Source: Eledone cirrhosa | Taxonomy: Eukaryota | Assembly (NCBI GenBank): GCA_964016885.1 | Contig: OZ024740.1 | Location: forward strand, 177,320,001 to 177,384,000 | DNA: 64,000 bases | Reading direction: 5' to 3' | In this document: in pieces, positions 12,388 through 25,095 of the stretch | Layout: every line of letters begins with the position of its first letter | Position numbering within the stretch: position 1 is the first letter of the stretch | The notes under the pieces: generated by a model | Databases searched by the model: none | What the model saw: only the letters and a program-made list of their open reading frames with translations | Told to the model about the DNA's origin: nothing | Made by a program: the position numbers and the translations under genes

Positions 12388-13000
12388 ACATGGTGGCTGC
12401 CAACTCGTTTTCGAGTACGGCCACTACTTTATATCCATGTAGGAGAACCCCTACCGATGCGCTGAACGAGTGTGACTTTTTAGTCCAGCCAGCGACTTGA
12501 AAACTCTGGTACAAACACTACACTTGTGACAATTATTGACACATAGTGCTGGGCCCATGGTACCATGTGACGACAAGTGCAGAGAGATCTCCAGATACAA
12601 AGAAATGTCTGTGCCGTGAAGCTTTTATAGTGAGCAAAGGCACTGCACAAAGCCAGTCCCACTCTCTTAACCAAGATGATATTTACCAAAAAGAAGAACA
12701 AGTCAACATCATTGGATACCATCAGGGTTGCAGGTGTTATATCAGAGTTTTCCTTCTCCTAGAATTCTGCCTTGACAAAAGCTAAGGGGTCATCTCTCCC
12801 GGTGATTTTGGATTGCCATTGACGCTTAAGAGCTCCTTTGCCCTTTGACAGGTTTTGTTTTTAGTCCTGCAGGATGTCCAAAGTCACCCTCCTCACCAAG
12901 AAACCTTGGTGGGGTTGCCAGTTTAGTCGCCAACGACCCGACCATTAGACAGGTTGTACTGGGATACATGTTACCAGTAGCACCAACTGGTGACCTGGCA
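12388..13000 (-). mobile_element. Non-autonomous RTE-derived retroposon, family A, with (ATGT)n tail
   Basis: Near-identical copies at 14320-14730, 29446-29730 and 61926-62208. The 3' part retains a C2H2-like remnant (CSVCTRVFKSLGGLKSHTRSAH in the 14.4-kb copy) similar to the RTE ORF end at 57 kb. Confidence 0.75.
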
Positions 13001-13027
13001 TAATATACATATACATACATACATACA

Positions 13028-13049
<22 letters not shown>

Positions 13050-13059
<10 letters not shown>

Positions 13060-13670
13060 CATAATATGAAAGAGTACTGGTGGAATGTTCCAGTAAAAGC
13101 CCCAATAAAATGCAGGTGTAAAAGACCAGACATAATGATATGGGACAGGGGAAAGAAGTCATGCACAGTAGTGGAAGTTAGCTGTCCCGCAGATGCCAAT
13201 ATATCAAAGATTAGCGAAAAGGAGAATATTTATGCAAAAATTATGAAAAATCTGCAGATATTCCACTCTGATTATGCCTTCAGATTTATTGGGGCACTGG
13301 GATATGTTAGTAACTGCCTCAATGCAAATATTGAGAAGCTGGGCTTCACAGGAACAGAAAGAACACAACTAGTTAGGAAATTACAAGTACAATCCATTAA
13401 TGGAACAGTAAAAATATCTAAAACATTCCAAAAGTGTTGCATCTAATAACTGCATATACACATGTACAGATACAAAGCATGCACACATACAGCTCAAAAC
13501 ATCCACATCCACACATACAATAACATCCATACCTACACATACATGCATACATATCTACCCTAGTTGATGTTGTGCAAATTCCAATGAGAGAGTCTTGTAA
13601 CTATGTTAGAAACCGACTCTCTCTCTCTCTATTGGCAAAACATTCTGAAATTATAAAAGCAGAAGAACAT
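13050..13670 (+). mobile_element. 5'-truncated R4/Dong-type (restriction-like endonuclease) non-LTR retrotransposon in (CATA)n
   Basis: YWWNVPV..RPDIMIWD..VVEVSCP..EK..Y..IGALG. Homologous to ~61285-61912. CATA repeats on both sides. Confidence 0.85.
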
Positions 13671-13679
13671 ACATACATA

Positions 13680-14036
13680 CATGATCATGGCTGCCCCCTC
13701 GTTATCGAGTATGGTCATTGCACGATATAACATTATTAATAATTATCAATTAATGATAACGTGCAATGCCTGTGCGTGAAGATTTTTTTTAAGTGAGGAG
13801 AGACTGTGCACTGAGCTAATTCCACTCTCAGAGCGACAGTAGCTATAACCCGAAAAGAAGAAAAGATCAACATCATCGGTAACTACTGAGCCGCAAGTTT
13901 TATGTCGGAGTTATCCCAGTTTCCTGAGTTGCCTTCTCCTAGAAGAATGCCCTGACAAAGGCTAGGGGTCCTTCACTCCCAGTGGTTTAACCGCGCGATC
14001 AGGTGTCCAGCCAGACCATTTCTGTGTCCCCGCGCA
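13680..14036 (-). mobile_element. Non-autonomous retroposon, family B (related to family A)
   Basis: Shares the tggctgcc..ctcgtt.tcgagta.gg end and the ttctcctagaa..tgcc.tgacaaaggctaggggt block with family A. Second copy is split between 56386-56430 and 60362-60657. Confidence 0.7.
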
Positions 14037-14119
14037 TATACATACATATTCACCCATTGTATATATACACATATACATATACATACACATGTGCATGTGT
14101 ATATACATATTTACACACT

Positions 14120-14730
14120 TTTGGATGGCCGTTGACTCTTATGAGTTCTTCCTCCCTTTGTCAGGTTTTGTTTTTTGTCCTGCAGGGTGACCAAAATCAC
14201 CCTCCTCACCAAGGAAACTTGGTGGGGTTGCCGGTTTAGTCGCCGACGACCAGACCATGCGACAGGTTGTACTGGTTTACATGTTAGCAGTAGCACTCAA
14301 GAGTGACCCGACATACCTACATGGTGGCTGCCAACTCGTTTACGAGTACGGCCACTACTTTATATCCATGTAGGAGAACCCCTACCGATGCGCTGAACGA
14401 GTGTGACTTTTTAGTCCACCCAGCGACTTGAAAACTCTGGTACAAACACTACACTTGTGACAATTATTGACACACAGTGCTGGGCCCTTGGTACCATGTG
14501 ACGACAAGTGCAGAGAAATCTTCAGATATAAAGCAATGCCTGTGCCTGAAGCTTTTATAGTGAGCAAAGGCACTGCACAAAGCCAGTCCCACTCTCTTAA
14601 CCAAGATGATATTTACCAAAAAGAAGAAAAAGTCAACATCATTGTATACCATCAGGGTTGCAGGTGTTATATCAGAGTTTTCCTTCTCCTAGAATTCTGC
14701 CTTGACAAAGGCTAAGGGGTCATCTCTCCT
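14120..14730 (-). mobile_element. Two adjacent pieces of family A-like retroposons (5' part 14120-14312; 3' part 14320-14730)
   Basis: Similar to 12805-13000 and 12388-12800 respectively. Confidence 0.7.
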
Positions 14731-14805
14731 ATACATACGTACATACATACATACATACATACATACATACATACATACATACATACATACATACATACAT
14801 ACATT

Positions 14806-15145
14806 ACTCCGAAGGGTCTTTGGATTAATGTTACTCAACAGATTAGAGTGTCATTCTAGGTTGTGTCGCTACTTCTCCGAATTGAAAGATCACATTCCCG
14901 TTACTACGGATATGTGGCAAGAATATCCCAGGAAAAAATCCCAGGACAGATTTTGCTGGCAAGAGCCCCAGATGTAAACCCCGAGCAAAATATTTGGAGA
15001 ACATCCATGAGCTTGTCTGGTCTCGCTTGGGAATCCACCCGGAACAATTGGAGACAGTTGCTTCTGACAGAACCTGCTAGAAGGCATGTTTCGGGAATCT
15101 GCCCCCCCCCCCCCCCCAAAGAAGAAGAAGAAGAAGAAGAAGAAG
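14806..15145 (+). mobile_element. Degenerate 3' end of an RTE-like LINE with (GAA)n tail
   Basis: YYGYVARISQEKIPGQILLAR resembles the RTE W.GH..RM...R.P...L motif. Ends in gaagaagaa. Confidence 0.55.
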
Positions 15146-15799
15146 ATATATATTTCTATGTCGGAATGTCGATACAGCATCACCTTGTGTCAAATAACAT
15201 CTGAGATTGAATAAAGGATATTTCTTTTTAAAAGCATGTCTACACCTATACCTATCAAAAGATTCCTAGGATACAGCCACATACACATACCCACAAATAA
15301 TAAACCATCAATATTCTCATAAGCTTTTAACATCGATATAGTACGAACGATTGATTCCGTCAGGCCTGCTTTCTCTGTAACTCACTATTTGGTCGACCAA
15401 CTAACAAAAATAGTGGCTAAATCCTCTCAAACCACATCCAACCATCTTAGAAAATGGTTGGATGAAATGGACAATGTAATTTTAGGTGTTTTCCACCCCC
15501 ACATATATAAATTCTGCCAAATTGGTTTTTCCATTTGGGGAGGTTAGTTCATGACAGATACATTTAATTTGAATAAAATGGTGTCCCTCTTATCTTGATG
15601 CCCTAAGTATGTGCCTATTTCATTAATGGTTAATTCAACACTGAATGTATCCCATATGGTTTTTGTCTATATTATTCATTTTTTTATAAAGGCTTAAGAA
15701 AATCAAAATTAATATAAAGAACATATGAAAAAAGTCCCAATCTTTTGACGTTTCGGTCCAGACTCCATCACATGTTTCAAGTGATACCCATTTGAATCC

Positions 15800-16850
15800 A
15801 TAAATTTATTTTTAGGCTCATGATGACGTTTAGCATAACGTCTTTACAAACTGACTTAGGGATGGCTCTGATTTCTCCCTGATGTTTTCTTTTAGTTCGG
15901 GGATGGTCCTAGGTTTGTTGACATATACACTATCCCTCAGATAGCCTCAAAGAAAGAAATCGAGAGGGTGGGGTTGAATCAGGACTGTGTGGGGCCCAGT
16001 CCAAATCAGTTTTCAAACTGATCACACGATTTCCAAAAGTTATTTTACAACCATTCTCACAACTCATTGGAGATGTGAGGGCTTACTCTGTCTTGCTGAA
16101 AGCAGAACGTATTCATTTGAGATGAATACATGGTCGGTAGCACTTTTTTGAAGTCTTTCAGGACCTTCGCATAAAATCCTTTGTGGCTATAGCTGTGACC
16201 CCAGAGAAGAAAGTGCCAATCAACCATCTCTAAGAAATGGCAGCTCAGTTGGTACATTTAGCCGAGTGTAGAGGTTTCAAAGCCACTTCACTGGGATTCT
16301 CTGACCCCCTTAACATGTTGTTCTTAGAGTTGATCTTCTCATGTAAGTTAGCGCAGCCTTCATCAGAGGTTCACAACATACTCAGAAAATGTGGGTTGTT
16401 TTACAACTTCTCCAGCATTTTCTCAGCCATATCCTTCCTTTTGATTTTATTAGCTACAGTAAGCTTTTGTGCCGTCTGTATTCTGTAGGGGTACTTCTTA
16501 AGATCCTCTTTGACAACCCTTTTGCAAATTTATGGAGAGAGACCCAAGTATTGGCTTCTCCTACGTAGTAATAGTTTTCAGCTCTGTTCAACAGACACTC
16601 AGACCCAGTCAATAACATTTTTTTGTCCACTCTCTGGGTCGCCCAGAGAGAGTAGCAAATCCTCAGACATTATATTGAGGTTTTGCACTTATCCATAGGT
16701 CCGAAACCTCTTCACCCAGTTTTATATATTGACTTTGAAAGGCTGTTTGTCCGTTCTGAAAATGCCTGAAATCGATCCTACACTTACTTGTACAAGCCAC
16801 AAATATAGTAATTTTTCACACGGAGAATCAAGTGCTGGAGCTCCCATTCA
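15800..16850 (-). mobile_element. Tc1/mariner transposase fossil (DD37D/maT-like)
   Basis: Minus-strand remnants FQQDRVSPH and WAPHSPDSTP..DFFL*GYLRDSVYVNKPRTIPELK. TIRs not identified. Confidence 0.8.
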
Positions 16851-16991
16851 GACACTGTTGTCTAATCTAACGTTGCATCAGCCATGTCCCGAAATTTAAT
16901 GTTGATCAGTTAGAAAATAAATATACAATGACACAGAACGTGTGCGAGACCATTTAATTTTGGTAGAAGCCATTTCTATATTAATACATAC

Positions 16992-17078
<87 letters not shown>

Positions 17079-17082
<4 letters not shown>

Positions 17083-17424
17083 ACACGCAAAAAGCGTCTA
17101 GGGACACATGTATTGTCCAACCATATGCCAATGTGGTTCAATGGCAGGTTAATAAATTAACGAGCCAGAACATATATAATCAAGGTTTAGCAAATAAGAA
17201 AAAGTTTCAAAATAAATTTTAAAAGATTCACTGTACTCACTATGGTTACTTTTACCGAATCGGTTTCGAGTCTCAAAAATAAATGGACAGTCCTTGCGGC
17301 CTTCATTGAAAAGATAAACTCTCGTCAGAAGGGTCTTTTCACCGATTCGGTAAAGGTAACCATAGTGAGTACAGTGAATCTTTTAAAATTTATTTTGAAA
17401 CTTTCTCTTATTTGCTAAACCTTG

Positions 17425-17430
<6 letters not shown>
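17079..17430 (-). mobile_element. (TA)n-flanked fold-back PLE-like insert with HHR
   Basis: Inverted arms at ~17176-17264 and 17341-17430. Confidence 0.8.
17249..17333 (-). ncRNA. Type I hammerhead ribozyme with long stem II
   Basis: Minus strand: ccctt CTGACGA gag...ctc GAAA ccg-att-cgg TA aaag. Confidence 0.8.
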
Positions 17431-17460
<30 letters not shown>

Positions 17461-17468
<8 letters not shown>

Positions 17469-17891
17469 TAAACGGAATAGAAAATGCTGACAAATTGTTC
17501 ACAGTTGAAAAATGGTTTAATTAGGAATAAAAGAGTATTAGTGATTGTATGGGTTAGTATTCAGTTGTGGTTTTAAGTTTTTAAGTTTTTACCGGTTGCG
17601 CATTTCTAAATGCTTTTCAAAAATAATTTTGAGATAGAGTGTCCGTGCTGTTTGCTCTGATCAGAGCAAACAGCACGGACACTCTATCTCAAAATTATTT
17701 TTGAAAAGCATTTAGAAATGCGCAACCGGTAAAAACTTAAAAACTTAAAACCACAACTGAATACTAACCCATACAATCACTAATACTCTTTTATTCCTAA
17801 TTAAACCATTTTTCAACTGTGAACAATTTGTCAGCATTTTCTATTCCGTTTACCAATATATAATAACTTGTGTGTTACACCTCTATTCTTT

Positions 17892-17897
<6 letters not shown>
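17461..17897 (+). repeat. ~400-bp spacer-less palindrome plus short unique tail, between (TA)n tracts
   Basis: Symmetry centre at 17660/17661 (tttgctctga|tcagagcaaa). Arms of ~200 bp, 17461-17860. Confidence 0.95.
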
Positions 17898-17956
<59 letters not shown>

Positions 17957-17978
17957 CAACAATATGACCCTCCCCATG

Positions 17979-18050
<72 letters not shown>

Positions 18051-18052
<2 letters not shown>

Positions 18053-20414
18053 GTTTGCGAGGTCTTTGATATGAAATCGTGTCGAAACAAATATTGTTAT
18101 ACACTCAATGGTTATACGCCCCATAATCAAGATGTCCCCAGATGTATGTGACAGTACAGAGGACCTCCTCAGCAGAATCAGTGAGTGCAACAAAAACAGG
18201 AACCTATCCAACTGCATAATAGGCAGTATGGATGTGGTATCACTGTGCACATCCCTTAACATTGATTTTGCTGTGGAAAAATGTGTGGAGATGATCACTG
18301 AGAGTGAGGTGGAGTTCTGCGACGTCGACACAGACGAACTGGGCCTCCTACTTAGACTTACCTACGACACTGACTACCTAGACAGCCATGACCTTAGACA
18401 TTTCTGCCCCAGTAGACCCATAAGAGGTAGACCCCCCCCCCTCCCACCATAACCTCAATGGCAAAAAAGACTCCTATGGGAAGGTAGATTGGGTGGACCA
18501 AAGCTATACGGACCCCCCAAAACAATGATCAGGTAAGAAAAATGGTTGCACATACAATAGGGGCTAGTATCAAAACTACCCTAAAGGGCCACATATTCAA
18601 GTTCAACGAGAAGATCTACACCCAAAATGAGGGAGCAGCCATTGGCGTCAGCCTAGCTGGTGACGCTGCCAACCTTTTTATGGTATGGTGGGAAAGGAGA
18701 CTCAAATAACTCCTTGATGAGAGCTCCATAGACCTCATCATGTACTCTCGTTACGTAGACGACATCAATATAATAATAAGGACATTCCCACAAGAGAGCA
18801 CTAACAAGTTTGATTTAGAACGTAGCACAATGGAAAGCATCCAGCAGATAGCTAATTCCATACACCAGAGTATAACTGTAACTATCGACTACCCTTCCAA
18901 ACACCCTAACAATAGACTACCTGTATTAGACACGGAACTCTGGATTAACGCTATAGACGAGAGAGCCCAAATTCTCCACTCACATTATGTTAAACCCATG
19001 GCACATTATGCTAAACCCATACTCAAAAACTCAGCAATGTCCAGTAGTGCTAAGTTTAATATTCTGATCGCAGACTTGGTACGAGTGATGAATAACGTGT
19101 CCCGCATGTGCGACCCAACAGAAATGGAAAGACACATCCAACACTTCATCAACCGCATGCAGTTCTCTTGCTACAACCAAAGAGACAGAATCAGAGTATA
19201 CGAAGGAGCCATGGAGAGGTATAAGACCCTCATAGAACTGGACATGAAGGAATTTGCCCACTATATAGGAGCAAATCATGGAATAGCTTAGATAGGACTA
19301 GACATAAGATAGGGAAAGCCACCCCAAGGTACGATAACCAGAGATACCAGAGTGTCATGTTTGTGGACGCTACCCCTGGAGGGAAATTAGCTAACCAGTG
19401 TAGAAAGGCCCTGAGAAAGACCCACTTAAAGATTAAGGTGGTAGAAAAGCCAGGAACCACCATAAAATCCCTGATCAGCAAAACCTACCCTTTTAAGAAA
19501 ATCCACTGTACTAATAGGAAATGTATCATATGGAGAGTAAACCCCCGGATAAACTGTAAAACTAGAAACGTAGTCTATAGCATAAGATGTACAGAGGGTA
19601 CTTGCAGAAACATGACAACAACATACATAGGCGAGACAGCTCGTAGCATAGGTGAAAGGATAGACCAACACTGGGGGGAACTAAAAGGACGAAAAGACGG
19701 TTCAGTACTATACGAACATGCCAGACAAAAACACAACGGTAACATAGACAACATAGAAGTTAGAATAATATCTAAACATAGAAATGACCCAATAGATAGG
19801 CAAATCAGAGAGGCCAGCGAAATAGAACTTAGAAGGCCAAGGCTAAACAGAAAAAATGAATGGAATAACAACAACACCCAAACAAACAACACTGACCTAA
19901 GAGAAGTATAAATAGATAGATAGATAAATAAATAAATAGATAAATACATACACAAGCACAATAACAACAAACACATATAAACACACACTAGAAAACTAAG
20001 ATAGAATACATTAACCAATACACAGTCACCCAAACAAGAACACACATCAAACAAAACACTATACGCAAACGCATGCGCAGAGAAGACAAAATAAAATAAA
20101 CAAATAAATGAATAAATAAACAGACTAAATAAAGATGGCGTAAACATACAATGCAACGGGAGGAAACATAATAGCAACACTGACGATGTTGCAGATGTGC
20201 AACGAAAGAACTTTGATAGGCTATATATATGTGTTTGTGTCTATATTGTATCTGTATTTTTGACCGTTGGTCAGTAAATGGCAACATTGAGGACCGAATA
20301 AATTAAATTAACCGATATAAAAGACACAGAAGCGAAAACCAGCCAAACAGTGAGTGTGTTCTCTTATTAATTCTGGCAATATTACACAAATATGACCCTC
20401 CCCAAGTATAACAA

Positions 20415-20415
<1 letters not shown>
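18051..20415 (+). mobile_element. 5'-truncated degenerate Penelope-like element (Neptune-like), RT plus GIY-YIG, in (TA)n
   Basis: IIGSMDVVSLCTSL, YSRYVDDI, LPVLDTELW, HYVKPM, MFVDATPGGKL, NVVYSIRC..YIGETARSIGER..QH, RQIREA..LNRKNEW. Related 3'-end fragments at 17953-17985 and 39370-39685. Confidence 0.88.
20171..20224 (+). ncRNA. Probable degenerate hammerhead ribozyme in the Neptune-like 3' region
   Basis: CTGACGA t-gttgca-gatg-tgcaac GAAA. Stems I and III are imperfect. Confidence 0.5.
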
Positions 20416-20466
<51 letters not shown>

Positions 20467-20665
20467 ACAAAGGAATTGTGGTAAGGAACCAAATGAACCA
20501 TAACGCACGAGAGTACTCAATACTTAGGGTAGTAGAGTGGGAAATAGGAAAAAGTATGACCCCGACGGCAGAACTCAAGCCGTTTCGACGGCTATTTCTG
20601 GACTCAGTCCAGAAATAGCCGTCGAAACGGCTTGAGCTCTGCCGTCGGGGTCATACATTTTCCTA
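20467..20665 (-). mobile_element. (TA)n-flanked fold-back insert; same family at 21635-21800, related fragment at 36416-36472
   Basis: Arms ~20545-20604 and 20606-20665 around a 1-nt centre. Contains an HHR-like 3' half (gtcGAAAcggc). Confidence 0.75.
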
Positions 20666-20900
20666 TATATATATGTGAAAAAATGGGGAGAAGAATACTG
20701 CAGGTTGCACATGGATAACATGTAATAAAATGACTCCCACATCAGTGATTTGCCGACGATCATAGATATTTCATTGCATTAAAAATCATATACCTCACGT
20801 CGGTGCAATAATAACTAAATTAAGTTATTAGGACAATTAAAACGCGTAAAGCGAGTGAGACAAGATAACAAGTGTATGTGCGTGCGTGTGTGTATGTGTG

Positions 20901-20996
<96 letters not shown>

Positions 20997-21192
20997 GTGA
21001 CAAAAAACACAAAATTATTCTTTTTTAACCGATCAACATTACATTCTACAAGCGTCATCGTTATATTCTGTGTGTTTGGGCATTTAAAAGGGTGCAGATC
21101 CCATTCTCCTTCATGTTGGAATACAGCCGATTTCTTTCAGAATGCGATATAGCAGAAGAATTTAGTTCAGTATATATATGTATGCATATTTG

Positions 21193-21223
<31 letters not shown>

Positions 21224-21279
21224 AAATAAAATAAAATAAAATAAATAAGTCAAATGTTTAAAATTTGGCTTTGTTTATT

Positions 21280-21334
21280 ACTGCTATATATATTTCGGTG
21301 ACAGCCATCTTTGGCTGTGACCTCTTCAGGCAGT
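21280..21334 (-). ncRNA. Canonical minimal type I hammerhead ribozyme (inverted arm)
   Basis: Reverse complement of 21386-21440. Confidence 0.9.
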
Positions 21335-21385
21335 CCGAATTAGTGTGGTACAACATGTGTACTCGTCTCTACCACACTAATTTGG

Positions 21386-21440
21386 ACTGCCTGAAGAGGT
21401 CACAGCCAAAGATGGCTGTCACCGAAATATATATAGCAGT
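21386..21440 (+). ncRNA. Canonical minimal type I hammerhead ribozyme
   Basis: actgc CTGAAGA ggt-c-acagcca-aaga-tggctgt-c-acc GAAA tatata TA gcagt. Perfect stem I, long stem II, palindromic stem III. Confidence 0.92.
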
Positions 21441-21634
21441 AATAAACGAAGCCAAATTTTAAACATTTGACTTATTTATTTTATTTTATTTTACATTACT
21501 CCGGAATAACCAAACCAACCTGCGCACTTCGTCGAGTGCTCCAATCTGCATACTGAGGTGTTGGTATACAACCGACATATACTCAAAATTTATATATATA
21601 TATATATATATATATATGCATATTTGTATATATG

Positions 21635-21800
21635 GTGGGTAATAGGAACAAGTATGACCCCGACAGCAGAGCTCAAGCCGTTTCGCTTGAGCTCGGCCAT
21701 CGGGGTCATACTCGTTCCTATTACCCACTCTACTACCCTAAGTAGTGAGTACTTTGGTGCGTTATGGTCCATCTGGTTCCTTACCACATTTCCTTCGTTA
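21635..21800 (+). mobile_element. (TA)n-flanked fold-back insert, same family as 20467-20665
   Basis: Arms ~21635-21677 and ~21686-21728, then a tail matching the reverse complement of 20467-20545. Confidence 0.75.
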
Positions 21801-22167
21801 TATATATATATATATATGCATGTATGCATGTATGTATGAATTTATGTATGTATGTATTTATGTATTTTACTTTACTTGGATTTTGGATTTTCAGATATTC
21901 AAAATTTGTTTATATGCAATAAGTGTGACCGAATTCAGCCCAGTAAAGCTAGTCATAGAAGTCATCATAGAAACCATGTATAAAATGTTAACGATTATGG
22001 TTTGTTTGGCATTTCCTCACGTCGGAAGTGTGAAAAACAATGTGACCCCGCCGGTGGTCCCATCGTTGTTTGAACTAATGTTTATCACTGCAACATCTTC
22101 AGTAAGGAGTGTATATCATTGGCAGGGTTAAAGAGTCATATTCATGCTACCCATGCCTGAGAGGAGG

Positions 22168-22227
<60 letters not shown>

Positions 22228-22292
22228 CCTCCTCTCAGGCATGGGTAGCATGGATATACATATATATATATATATATGTATGTATGTATGTG

Positions 22293-22407
<115 letters not shown>

Positions 22408-22408
22408 G

Positions 22409-22453
<45 letters not shown>

Positions 22454-23016
22454 TATATTTATATACATACATTAGGCACGCTCCTGTTGTTCTGTGCACT
22501 ATGAGATCTGGCACAACGTGCGTACAGCCTAGCCTTAGTTAAAAGCAGACGAGACGTGAGTAGGCCACGCGTCATAAGTTGTAGAACAGCAATGACAGAC
22601 AGGGGGCGTGGCTTCGACTAGCCAACCAGTTCTGTTGCACACCTCTTTTGTACATAGAATCATACGTACGTGTATGCAAACATAAATACATACAAACATA
22701 CATACATACATACATACAAACATATATACATACATACAAACATACATACATACATACATACATACATACATACATACAAACATACATACATACAAACATA
22801 CATACATACATACATACATACATACAAACATACATACATACAAACATACATACAATACATACATACATACATACATACAAACATACATACATACATACAT
22901 ACATACATACATACATACATACATACATACATACATACATACATACATACACACAATCATGTTTATATGGATATATATATACATACATTCACGCATAGAA
23001 AACATCCACACACAGA

Positions 23017-23058
<42 letters not shown>

Positions 23059-23115
23059 CATAGGTATAATATATTAAATACACACAAAAACACTCATATA
23101 TATATATACGTACGA

Positions 23116-23375
<260 letters not shown>

Positions 23376-23581
23376 TAGATATAGATATAGATATAGATAT
23401 ATACGAATATGAGATTTATGATTTATTTAATTATGTCTCATATGAAATAATAAAGCCGATTATCCACAAAATACAATATAGTTAGCACCCTAAACGTATA
23501 CTTAGATATTTCCTAATGTTTGTTGAGTGAGATGGAAATTGGTAGGAGTATCGCTAATAGCTTTCTCTGTTAATGTATTAA

Positions 23582-23657
<76 letters not shown>

Positions 23658-23661
<4 letters not shown>

Positions 23662-23955
23662 GGAAATCAGTAAAATCGAATCTCTGGCGGTTTGCAAGTG
23701 AATTCGACCTACTTATAAGAGATGATGAGTTAGCAAAGCACTCGATAAGATAGGTCATTAGAGTAATAACTTACGCTTAAATAGCTTGACAAATCGAACA
23801 TTGTGGTAGGCCAAACTAACACACAATATATATACCAGAGCAACGATAGTACTAATCAGGTTGAGAAAAAGTACACCTGGACAAATTAAAGGAATAGTCG
23901 TTCAAAGTGTTTCTTTGAATCCTAAATCAAATATCCGACTTACTTGAAAGGCAAG
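23658..23955. repeat. (TA)n-flanked dispersed repeat; shorter copy at 37577-37733
   Basis: Both copies begin aattggaaatcagtaaaatcgaatctctg immediately after (TA)n. Confidence 0.7.
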
Positions 23956-24161
23956 ATATATATATATATATATATGATAAAAATAGTCCTTCGTCAGTGA
24001 TTTTATATATATATACATACATGCACACAAATATATATGTAAGTATGGATTCACCGAACATTTATTATAATGCTCGGTGTGTTTGTAAACAAACATCAGG
24101 AATTAAGCTGTACAGTGTCTAGCAACCATCGTTGTTCATTTGTTCAACACTGACAAAGGAA

Positions 24162-24202
24162 CACTGTACTAGTTTCAAGCTTATTAGCTATCGTCAGCAA
24201 CG
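24162..24202 (-). ncRNA. Minimal type I hammerhead ribozyme
   Basis: Minus strand: cgttg CTGACGA tagct-aata-agctt GAAA ctag TA cagtg. Stem I differs from the 11942 copy but pairing is kept, partly by G-U. Confidence 0.78.
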
Positions 24203-24377
24203 TATACCATCCTGCCAGATGGTTGAACGTAGGAAAGTATATACTTTCCTTATGCATATTAACGGCTGAGCAGCCTAATTTGCATATCGAGTGAGTTAAT
24301 CGGCCGGGGTACTGAAAACGATAAACGAAAAAAAGCCGTACTAAGAGTGAGAAATGAAATTTCGTTTCATTGTTTCC

Positions 24378-24466
<89 letters not shown>

Positions 24467-24632
24467 AATTATATATATATACCAATTATATATATATATA
24501 TCCTGATGCATTCTAAAGAATGAAACAGTTCTAATCCTGTAGAATCTCATCTATATTAAAACATTTATACTCTGGTATGTATTGAGTACCTTACTTACTG
24601 TGGCTACCTCCGAGTCTACCCGGAATAACTTA

Positions 24633-24835
<203 letters not shown>

Positions 24836-24863
24836 TGGTTACACAACAGTTAGTTCACCATAC

Positions 24864-24901
24864 CGAGAACAATTGTTTCACCTTGGTGGATCCTCAGCTC
24901 G
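24864..24901 (-). ncRNA. Minimal type I hammerhead ribozyme (inverted arm)
   Basis: Minus strand: cgag CTGAGGA tccaccaaggt GAAA caattg TT ctcg. Confidence 0.78.
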
Positions 24902-24943
24902 TAATGGACATGGTTATACAGAACAGGAAGGACATGTCCATTA

Positions 24944-24981
24944 CGAGCTGAGGATCCGCTAAGGTGAAACAATTGTTCTCG
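24944..24981 (+). ncRNA. Minimal type I hammerhead ribozyme
   Basis: cgag CTGAGGA tccgctaaggt GAAA caattg TT ctcg. Confidence 0.8.
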
Positions 24982-25054
24982 GTATGGTGAACTAACTGTT
25001 GTGAAACCACTTCTACCTAACTCGACCCTTGGACTGAGTGCTCTACCACCACGG

Positions 25055-25095
<41 letters not shown>

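Larger units (their letters stand above)
21218..21592 (+). mobile_element. (TA)n-flanked fold-back insert with a complete HHR in each arm
   Basis: Arms ~21225-21350 and 21370-21493, a 19-nt spacer, then a unique 3' tail. Confidence 0.88.

Noticed and set aside
12900-13000. HDV-like or twister ribozyme at the 5' end of family A
   Set aside because: Partial pairings exist (ccagt/actgg, gtcg/cgac, CTAA), but I could not build a complete fold.
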